This document shows positions 37,397 through 47,171 of a stretch of DNA of 64,000 nt, piece after piece. Each line of letters begins with the position of its first letter. The stretch's first letter is position 1. Position numbers and translations under genes: made by a program. The notes below the pieces were generated by a model. It ran no database searches. It was not told the DNA's origin and saw only the letters and a program-made list of their open reading frames with translations. Source of the stretch: Fistulifera solaris (Eukaryota). The stretch lies in NCBI GenBank assembly GCA_030295235.1, contig AP026125.1:1364001-1428000 (forward strand). The letters run 5' to 3'.

Positions 37397-37637
37397 GGCA
37401 AGAACTCTGATTCGTGCTGAGTGACGAACGGAAATCAGGCAGTATGAGAAGAGTTGTTATAGTGCTTACTTCAGACGAAAAAAGGGACCGCAGAGAAGAG
37501 CAGAGACAGCAATCACCATGGTGTATTTGCGGTTATTTTTCATTTCATTCTTTATTATTATCGTCCTCGTCTTCTTACTACGCTACGTACCTGCTGGCGA
37601 TGTACAGACGAAATAAAAATGTGGCGTTTGTTGTTCT

Positions 37638-38036
37638 GTTCATGACTACTGTACAATCCAGTCTTGGCTGGCGTAAACCTACACTCCGTTCTATAGTGGA
37701 AAATCAAGGTGTCGAACCTCGGATTTTCGACGTGAAAATAAAAGAAACTCTTCACACATAATTCAGAATCATCATTGATGCAACTTGACTTACCATAATT
37801 ATAACCGGATGCGAGAGGCGCAAAACGGAGGTGTCGATCCTCGGATTTTCGACGTGAAAATGAAAGAAACTCTTCACAAGTAGTTCAGAAAATCATTGTT
37901 GCATTTTGGGTTACCGTAATTATAACGGATGCGAGAGACGCAGAACGGAACCCTTTGTTTTTCGGTTCATGACTAGTGTACGATCCAGTCTTGGCTGGCG
38001 TAAACCAACACTCCGTGTCATAGTGAAATTTCAAGG
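37638..38036. repeat. Imperfect direct repeats in X-Y-Y-X arrangement (X ~72 bp, Y ~122 bp)
   Basis: X (GTTCATGACTA..TCCAGTCTTGGCTGGCGTAAACC..TCAAGG) at 37638 and 37965. Y (GGTGTCGA.CCTCGGATTTTCGACGTGAAAAT..GGATGCGAGA) at 37708 and 37830. Confidence 0.88.
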
Positions 38037-38324
38037 CTTCACGAAAAATAGCTCGCACGCTTTTTGTGGTTTACCAGTAGCGTCATCATAATTTTTGCGC
38101 AAGACGATGACGGGGAAATGCCAATGAATTATTCATCATTATTTACGGTATCCGTTCTTTCTTTTATCTTAAAGTAGACCGATCAAGAGATGAATGCTTT
38201 ATATATTTTTTTGCTAATCATGCTTTCGGCGGCACTAGCTGATCTGAGTTGTGCGTTCGTAGCAGCACCAGCACATCCGCAGCTCACCCGCAATGCTGAC
38301 CGCCGCCTTGCGATCTTGTCACAA

Positions 38325-38623
38325 TGTGGTTATTGGTTATTATTTCACGTGTCCCGAAAATGTGGGCGTGTGGTTTTTCACGTCTCCAGAAAATGTGGGG
38401 GTGTGGTTATTTCACTTGCCCAGAAAATGTGGGCGTGTGGTTATTTCACGTGCCCAGAAAATGTGGGAGTGTGGTTATTTCACGTGTCCCGAAAATGTGG
38501 GCATGTGGTTATTTCACGTATGTCCCGAAAATGTGGGCGTGTGGTAATTTCACGTCTCCAGAAAATGTGGGCGTGTGGTAATTTCACGTGTCCAGAAAAT
38601 ATGGAAGTGTGGTAATATTTCAC
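38325..38623. repeat. Minisatellite, 34-bp unit x ~8.5
   Basis: Unit TGTGGTTATTTCACGTGTCCCGAAAATGTGGGCG. The AAAAT anchor occurs at 38357, 38390, 38424, 38458, 38492, 38528, 38562 and 38596. Confidence 0.95.
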
Positions 38624-38827
38624 TGGGGAGTGTCGTATTTTTCGACCTCACATGAGAAAATGAGGATGAGTGCATTGCAGTGATAGGATAAAAAACATCA
38701 AAATAGCAGAACGAACGGAATTCAACAGTATAGTCTCTAGCGAGTAAAATCATTTGAGCGGAAAGGAACGCGGAGGAGCAAAAGATTGATTATTGATTAC
38801 GGAGTATGTATTTTTCTTGGAGCGGCC

Positions 38828-40057
38828 ATGAAAGACTCTAAGAAGCAAAAAGCGGTTTATTTGTTAGGCCGGACGAGACTAATAATAGCTGGTATTTTGC
38901 TTGCACTGGCAATTGACCATGCGAAAGCAATTAGCTCAGCGTCGTTTACCAGGTCTGACTTGATACAGAACCTACAAACATGCCACACCGCTGAAGACCT
39001 TCTCGAGCGCGTCGGCGAGCACCTTACTAAACAGGTCGATCCTGACGGGAGTATTGCTAGCCCCGTTTTAGTACGCATGGGAAAAATCCTCATGAACAAG
39101 GATAACGAAAGGAGGGAGCAACAGCTGGAAATGCCTCTACTTCGCAACCGTCACCAAAATGCATTGTTGTCCGTGGTGAACTGTCTTTGCAGCATCAACG
39201 AACGCACTGATATAGAGTCCTCAGTCGAAGGAACGAAAGCATGTGCCTCGATTTCGCGTATAGCCAATAAGGAACTCTCGGGTGGCGTGATTGCTGCCAT
39301 GAATGATTTTTGGACTGTGAACAGCGACAATTTACTGTTTGATTCAAAACTAGAAGCACATCATCTTTCTGGGTTATTGTGGTCTTTTGAAACGTACGAC
39401 TATGTAAAGAGTCGATGCGCGGGCGAAATAGTGCTTCCCCTGAACTTGAAACGAGCATATGACGACTTGAAACTACCATTCCGCATATTACCGGGGCTTT
39501 GCGATCACGTTGAGGAGCTTTCCGTTCCAGATCTGGCGTCCCAAGTTAATTTTCGAATCGACAGCGTGTATACATCATCACAGGAGATAGTCAAAGAACG
39601 TCGCCAAACGGCTTGGGAAGGAGACGAAGGGGTCGAGTCATTCAAATATTCCGGCAAGTCTATGCCGAGAGATGCATTCTCCCCTACCGTTAAAAGAGTC
39701 CGAGATTTGCTCGACGAACGGATGGATCAATATTTTGACTGTTGTCTTTTGAACTTGTACCCAGACGGCAAAAGTGCTATGCGATATCACATTGACCCCG
39801 ATCAAGGCTCGTTATGGGACTTCGACACGGTCGTTGTTAGTGTGGGTGCCTCGCGAAGATTTAGCTTTCGACGCAACAACGCTGAAAGCGAAAGGCCTCA
39901 TACCTTTGTTGTCATGCACGGCGATGTAACGCACATGTACGGTGACTGCCAAGATACTTTTCAGCATGCAGTGAAGAAGGCTGACATAAAATCGGAGCAA
40001 TGTGCTCGAGCTAGCTTGGTGTTCAAGCGCAGTTGGGGGTTGAACCAAAAAAATTGA
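38828..40057 (+). CDS. AlkB-like 2OG-Fe(II) dioxygenase
   Basis: FKYSG, CLLNLYPDG...MRYHID (HxD), VSVGASRRFSF, FQHAV (distal His), RASLVFK. Confidence 0.87.
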   Translation: MKDSKKQKAVYLLGRTRLIIAGILLALAIDHAKAISSASFTRSDLIQNLQTCHTAEDLLERVGEHLTKQVDPDGSIASPVLVRMGKILMNKDNERREQQLEMPLLRNRHQNALLSVVNCLCSINERTDIESSVEGTKACASISRIANKELSGGVIAAMNDFWTVNSDNLLFDSKLEAHHLSGLLWSFETYDYVKSRCAGEIVLPLNLKRAYDDLKLPFRILPGLCDHVEELSVPDLASQVNFRIDSVYTSSQEIVKERRQTAWEGDEGVESFKYSGKSMPRDAFSPTVKRVRDLLDERMDQYFDCCLLNLYPDGKSAMRYHIDPDQGSLWDFDTVVVSVGASRRFSFRRNNAESERPHTFVVMHGDVTHMYGDCQDTFQHAVKKADIKSEQCARASLVFKRSWGLNQKN

Positions 40058-43000
40058 TAAGACACTGCTGGTCGTCAACGTCAAGAGAGGCCGTCTGACG
40101 AGTTTAATTAATCTCAGCACTTCGCAGTCAACGTGATATTTGTGCTGAGAAACACGTTCTTCATAGCAATCATTCGGACGATTCCTCCTAATGCAGTTGC
40201 AACGAATCCGTGCATGAACCATTTTATGCATATTTTTTGTAGACAATACAATACCACTGCCATTCCCGAAATAATGCAACGTATGGGTGGCGCGTTGCGC
40301 ATTGAAAATGTCTACAATCTCAACAAAGTCAACCCCGATTCGTGGCCACGAGTCATGAAGCGTCTATACAACTAGCTCCCTTCAGAAACGTGAAGGTCGT
40401 CTCTTGAATAATGTTTGCTTCTTTTGCCTATTGGCGAGACCGACTAGAAGAGAACTTAAACGGAGCAAAGATGTTGAACACGATAGATAGAAGAGCCTTG
40501 AGAACTTCGAAAGATTTGGCTTTACTTTCTTTGTATGTACTCCCCTAATAAGCGGTCCTATTGCTTTAAAGGTACAGTACTAGACAGGAATCGTCAATCG
40601 AAACCAGCATCTTGCACGTATCTCATTCTATGATTATTGTATAATCTGTTTTTACGTTCTATCAAACGAAATAGCTCATCGATCACTCACGTTGCAATCA
40701 TTTTTTTGTCTCATACATGGTAGCGTATTCTCCCGTTTTTGAGTGTTGGTGAGCATATTGGTCCTCAGTACATGCTTCCGAGGTTAAAAGTGAATCTTTC
40801 ATTGCTGATGCAATTTGTGTTCATGGGTCGTCATGTTTCATGTTGTATCAGTTTACCGACTGATAACTGATAACCCAATCATATCTAATCATGACTTTGC
40901 AAGAAAAACGGATCGTTGCGCATTTCTTCGTTTAGCGCATAATCCTGACGCGTACCTACGGCCTCATCTTTTCCAGACGGAATACGGCAAAGCGAAACAC
41001 CATGCGAATCCAGATCGAAGAAGTCTCAGCTATGAGAACATAGCCTAATGCGAAACCTACATTTGTGATTCATCAAACTCCATTTGTCATTGCAGAGAAA
41101 TAAAAGATCCCGTAGTGCGATATGCGGTTGAAGTCTGGAGTGCATTGGGACGAGAATCCAAGACCTCGTCATCGCCGCCATCGATGCGTCAAGAAGACAT
41201 AATTCAGTAACATGGTAGTAAACAAGGGATACTTCGACATGCTCCCACATGACCAAGGAGTCCTTCAGCATTGTGAATTGGAAATGCGAGCGGTTGATTA
41301 TTGTAAAATGTGCCATGACCTAACAGATCAGTCAATGAGAATAGTCGACGCCTCGTCACAAAAATAGGAAGAAACGGGGGCGCCGAACGACCTGTGCGTC
41401 ATTTTCCGTGCCCTCCATGTGTCTCATACTATGGTTAATAGATAGGCATCCATAATTCGCCATAAAATTGGAAAGGTATCAAATCAAAGATCATCGAATG
41501 AGTGAAAGAGGCAAAGAAATGAGCCAACAGTTTTTCATAGGCTACCCATCAGCATTTTTTGGCCTAAAAGCACGGTTTGAACACAGTAGGGATACAAAGT
41601 AGAGGGTAAGACAGAGTGGGCTCGTCAAGTAGAGGTGACTTCGGAGCGGTACTCATGTTTTTGGTGATGTCGCAGTGTGTTTATAAAATGTCGCTGAGGG
41701 TGCACGGACAGACTGGACCCTCTTAAAGGATTCGTGACTAAATATTCAGATCTTAGCTTTCATGACTCACGTATAATTAGTACGTTTTCTACGTTGCGTC
41801 GCATAGGCTTTATTGTCTGCTCTTTCGAATTAAGAAAAACGTCTTCTACTTTCACAATAAAAAAATAAGTAGATTACCTTTTTGCGTGAATAGAGAACAA
41901 GTAGACCCTTTTAGACTACTTGTACTAGAGTCTAAGCTTACAATTTTTCCAAGAAATTCCGATCTCACGTGTTTTTGCCAGCGCAACATGACACACATGC
42001 GCCAAGCACACATTCGCAATGCGCATGATGTAATGAACGCTCTGATGATGCTCACTAGTTCTACAACAAGTTGCAGTTTTTCACAATAAGAAGTCAGTTA
42101 AAGACAGTTGAGCGTCCTCGAAAGGATTCCAAAAAGGATGTTACAGGCATGGTCAAGGTTCACTCGTGAACAACGAAGGCCGTGGAATTTTGTTCTTGGT
42201 GCGTTGGCAGTAGGCACTGTAGTCAAGGTGAGAGTGATCAACGTGGCTTTCCACTGATTTATACCTCCAAAAATACTCATACGGCTCAAATCAAGGTCGC
42301 GTACTTTACGGTGTCGCGAAGATGATGGTCCGCGATGCGGAGCGAATTCACAAGGAAGGGATGGAACATTTGCGCGAAGCTCGTGAATTCGCTGAATGGA
42401 GCCAGAAAGACCGAGACGCGCGTTTGCCAAAGTTGACCGAAGAGCAGCATCGGCAAATGCAAGAGTACTTGCAACTGGTTGGAAAACACGGACTGAGCAA
42501 AACGCTGACAGAAGATGGAGCTAAGGAATGTCTTGACTGCCCAATTATGACACGGGTGAAGCAAGTTGTCGGTGGACCTTTCAGTGCTGCTGCCGGGCGA
42601 TGAGTTTCCCTTGCTTGGTAGAGCGCACTTGGGTGATATTGTTCATATTGTATCATAAAATAAAGACTTTCATTCTTGCAAAGAGTTGCCGTCTTACCGC
42701 GGCCACAGTCTTTTGGATATTCTACAAACAATTTCCTTTCCTAATTAAGCATAAAAACGGCAAGGACTTCGTCCCTTGCTCTTACGAACTAGCAAGATTG
42801 GTTGTAAGGCAAGTCGGCGTGCGATCGGCGACCGACTTTGTTTGGCAATGTTTGGGTATATGCAGGAATAAATCCTTTTCAACAGTAGGTTTGTGCAACG
42901 AGCACGAAAAATGCTCTTTGGGTTTGTCTATTGTGACGAGATGCAATGGAGGTCCAGGTGTAGAGCCTCTCTAGACTATAAAGAGCATTGTTTTACCACG

Positions 43001-43193
43001 ACCGATTTTAGTCATGAGTTAGGCATTTCGCATTATTTTTGTTTATTATCGTCGCGATTCTAAGTCCATTGTTTGATCGTTGTCCTTCCGACCTTGGCAA
43101 CAACAAGTCTAACATCTAGTTTAATGACCTTTGTCGTTGACGTGATACTGCAGAGATATCCGATACAAAAGGCTGACGAGAATTCCGTCCAGA

Positions 43194-44997
43194 ATGAAGC
43201 CACAACTCGCTTTCTCAAAAATCCTCCACATTGCTTTTATCGTCCAATCGATGGAAGTCTATTCGTTTCTTCCGACAGGAATAAAAGTACCATCATGGGA
43301 GACAAGGCCACAATTCGACCCCTCGTCTCTTTGGTCGGCGGCAAAGGCGGAATTCGAAAGCAATCGACCATTTCCGATGATGCCATCGCAACTCTTTCAA
43401 CAATTAACGCTCTCCCAGTTGGAATTTCTAGCTAGCTCACTTACAACGACAGAAGGGAAACAAAAGATTAAATCAATGGCATTGTATCTTCCACAAGAAA
43501 ATCCACGATCCGGACAACTCGAATTCATGCCAGCTGTTATCTTTCCTCATCCTAGCAGCGATCGCATTTTCATCGCCAATCAGGCTGAGTCGGGGGTCGC
43601 CCCAAGACTTCCAACAACCTTGACGACATTACCCGGGTTCGCACACGCTACTTCCTTGCTTCCCGACTACCCAATGGTCGCAGGTTCGACCGATGTAGGA
43701 ATCGGTGTCGTTGAAGAAGTCTTATGTGACGTCGGAGGAGGTGGAGCGGCGCTATCGGTTCCACTCTTTGCAGGTTCGCAGACCGTCGGTGTGTTGCTGG
43801 TGTCACCCGCTGTTCGACCGATACCGGGTAGCAATAGCGTGTGGACATCCCATGACCGCGAACAAGTCTCCCGGGCAGCTCAGAGCCTTTCTATAGCGCT
43901 CTCTATGGACGCGGAAAAGTCTGTTCTCCAAATGAAAAACAAAGAGGTACAAAAAGCTTTATCGGATAGCTTGCATCAAGTGAAAAACCCGCTACAGGCG
44001 CTACGAACATTCGGAAAGCTGTTGCAGCAACGGATCGCTGAAAGCGAATCCGTAGGACAAACTTCAGGCCCGCAACTTCTGGAGCTTGTCGACCTATTAA
44101 TGGTTCAAAGCGATCGACTGATCGATCGCTTGAAACCGGTGGATGGCATTGTAGACACCATGGCGGGCGAACCTTTGCTGCTCCCGTTCGCCAGCACTCC
44201 TTCACCTTCTGGTGCGCTCGTACCTTTCAAGATTCCTCTTGTGACAGACCAGAAAGATGAAGTGATTGAAATTGACAAGAGCGTACTGGAATTCGGGACA
44301 AGTAGAGCCCGGCGAAATGGTTTCGGTCGAGCATCGACTATAAGTTACGCCGAGGATGACAGGGATGGCAACGCTCTCTTTTCCCATTGACTTACCCGAG
44401 TTCCAGTAACAACGAAATGATTGCTGAGGGCAGAGATAGCGTTGAAACACTCACCTTCAAAACGAGAATAGAGCTCGAGATGGCCTTTATTGACGATGTC
44501 CTCGAACCTGTACTTAGCGCCTTTTCTGTACTTGCCACAGAAAATAGCATCGATTTTCATGTTGATAGCTCCGATGATTTGCCTGGAACACTCGTTGCCC
44601 CTGACGCTTTACAGGAAGCCGTTACCAATCTGCTTGATAATGCGTTCAAGTATGTTCTGATCCCAAAGAAAGATGCGGATGAAAAGATGAACCCTTCTCC
44701 CAAAGTACGAGTTCGGTTACTTTCGAATCGAGATGCTTTCAAACAAGGTGTGACGATACTCATTGAGGACAACGGTCCCGGTATTCCAGAAGAAGAGCGG
44801 GATTCCATTTTGACCGAGGCGTACGCGGGCAAGTAACGAAGCGAATAGAGGGCTCTGGCATCGGCCTGAGCATCGCTAGAACACTTATACAGCAAATGGG
44901 TGGTACACTGGAAGTCGCCGACAAAGGGAACTACAGGGGAGCACTAGACGGCACTGTGATGGAAATACAAGTTTTTCGAAACCCCGTGATTGGTTAG
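43194..44997 (+). CDS. CSK: Chloroplast sensor kinase-like histidine kinase (GAF-HisKA-HATPase); two apparent frameshifts
   Basis: Presequence 'VYS-FLP'; H-box LHQVKNPLQALRTFGKLL; N-box NLLDNAFKY; G1 EDNGPGI; G2 GSGIGLSIAR once the frame is restored at 44808-44811. The other break is at 44379-44385. Confidence 0.85.
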
Positions 44998-45005
44998 CAT
45001 CTTAT

Positions 45006-46241
45006 CTATCCGCTTTTGGGTTTTTGCACATGGCCAGCTGCGGTATTTGATCGCAGTGAAATGGGAAAGATTACTTCCTTCCAGTTTTCAATGAAGCCAC
45101 GATTGTAAATATTTTTGGGCTCAGGACCGGGATGCTCAACTACGTTCGCTGATTTAGTTGTTTCTCTATCACCTTTGTCATCTGTCTCCAAATCTGGAAC
45201 GGATGAAGCCGACGTGCAGGTAACATCCTTCTCGCGAAGTTGTGGCTTTGCCTGATGCCGTGAGTCGGACACCGGGCGACCTTGTTTGACGGCTTCATTG
45301 TATTGATTGAGCTCAAAGTTATACCACTTTCGAACATCGTCCCATTTATACGATTCGTTTGTTGTCATCCCTCGACTGGTGAGCCAAATGTGGTACCCGA
45401 GGAACAATCCCAAAGCTATTGACATGACGCCCATAAGAATCGCCACAGCACATTGTAGAGTAAATCGATCAAACAGGTACTGAAACAATAGATACTTTGT
45501 CGCCTGTATTTCTTGGCCGGTGAAACGATCGACAAAGACGGCTTGTAAGAGATTCCTTTGTAACAAATGTCCATAAAAAAGCGCTGTTATGATCGCAGCC
45601 CCGTAGCCACACGCCACCGCATGCATCAAAAGGAAGAGAAGAAAGAAACGATAATTTTCTTCTCCAATGGTATTGTACACCCATCCACAGAAGTGATCGA
45701 ACCGGGGGACGTTGCCATTGTATCGGTGTCGGTCGAACTTGCTGCGGGCAGGTCGAAGGATCGACGTCGTTTTACATGTTTGCGGCACAAACAACACGTT
45801 GTCGTAAGGAAAATGATTGTAGCGGTGTATATTGCTGGCAGTGATGATGCCCGGACTGGTCGAGGAGGCGTAGCGCCAAGAAATCATGCATGCTGCAAAG
45901 AAAAACATGCCAATCGCCTTGTGATACGAACCCACGTAATCTTGTTGATCGACCATGGGATAAACGAAGAACCATACGACACTCCATCCTCCATAGAACA
46001 ATGCCAGATAGAACATCATGAGAAATCGATCAACAAAGAATTGTATAGTATACAACACATTTTGTGGTAATAGTCGATCTAACAGTCCCCAAGTTTTCTG
46101 CGGAAGCGTTTCCGTGACAAAGAAGGCCAACTTGGATTTATTCGGATCCGCAAAGAAGAAGACGTAAATAAAGAGGACCAGACAGAATGCGTAGATGCCT
46201 ACAACTGCGGTAAATGCAGCTGTTGAAAGGGAAAATGCCAT
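45006..46241 (-). CDS. DHHC-family palmitoyltransferase-like protein (DHFC variant, Swf1/ZDHHC4-like)
   Basis: TM segments; RPARSK...RFDHFCGWVYNTIGEENYRFF; GMTTNESYKW (TTxE motif); NIYNRGFIENWKEV. Confidence 0.87.
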   Translation of the reverse strand: MAFSLSTAAFTAVVGIYAFCLVLFIYVFFFADPNKSKLAFFVTETLPQKTWGLLDRLLPQNVLYTIQFFVDRFLMMFYLALFYGGWSVVWFFVYPMVDQQDYVGSYHKAIGMFFFAACMISWRYASSTSPGIITASNIHRYNHFPYDNVLFVPQTCKTTSILRPARSKFDRHRYNGNVPRFDHFCGWVYNTIGEENYRFFLLFLLMHAVACGYGAAIITALFYGHLLQRNLLQAVFVDRFTGQEIQATKYLLFQYLFDRFTLQCAVAILMGVMSIALGLFLGYHIWLTSRGMTTNESYKWDDVRKWYNFELNQYNEAVKQGRPVSDSRHQAKPQLREKDVTCTSASSVPDLETDDKGDRETTKSANVVEHPGPEPKNIYNRGFIENWKEVIFPISLRSNTAAGHVQKPKSG

Positions 46242-46409
46242 GGTAAATAAATGCGTATGCGATAAAGCAGATATGATGATTGAAACTTCGCCCGCCATGG
46301 TCAATGGGATGGTCGAATGTCGACTGAATCTATCTTGAGACAAACAGAGTCAGAATTTCCGTCTGACGACTAACTCAAAGTAACAACAACTGCATCTACT
46401 ATAGCCAAA

Positions 46410-46925
46410 AGTGTTGATGGCGAATTGTTCAATATCCGGGTACCCCTGCAGAGATAAATTTCCTACGACGGCTACGTGAAATTCGCGTATACACTGGAAG
46501 CGTTGTTTCTTTTTGTTATCATGTTTCAGTGATATATCAAAGTTGATTATTGCTTAATGACATGCATTAGCGATGATGGACATAGTATCGTTGACATTGG
46601 TGTCCGAAAGACGCGAATAATGGTGCGATCGAAGTTACGCAATATCCGGGTTGTCCTCTGTCGATAAATTTCCCTACGAGAGCTACGTGAAATTACGTAA
46701 TTATTCGAAGCGCTGCGCCAATCGTTCCATGAACGTTTTAATTTCAAGTCGATGGCGATTATTGCTTACCGATACGAATACAATACATTGCGCATGAAAA
46801 ACGTTGATATCTGGGCACTGTAAATATGAGAATTCGATGATGGCGAGATGTTCAATATCCGGGTACCCCTGCAGAGATAAATTTCCTACGACGGCTACGT
46901 GAAATTCGCGTAGACACTGAAAAGA
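46410..46925. repeat. B-A-B copy of the A/B repeat family, inverted relative to the 6.6-8.8 kb array
   Basis: Cores CCGGG...GATAAATTTCC...CTACGTG start at 46436 (B), 46646 (A) and 46859 (B). Confidence 0.93.
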
Positions 46926-47171
46926 GTTTTAAAAATATCCTGATCCTTGCGAGCTCCATGAGGAATAAAAAAGAGAAGAACTTTCGCGCCTGCTCGAGCG
47001 CGCCCATCTCGCATTCATTTTTTCGTCCATCATCATCGTCGCCTTTTTCTCATCTTTCAACAAGAACTTGAACAAGAGTGGAAGGTTCTGCGAAACGAGA
47101 ACATAAACTGGTTCATCCAAGATCTAAACCTTGAGAAGAATTCTGAGAACGCTGCGTAGCACTGAATTGAA

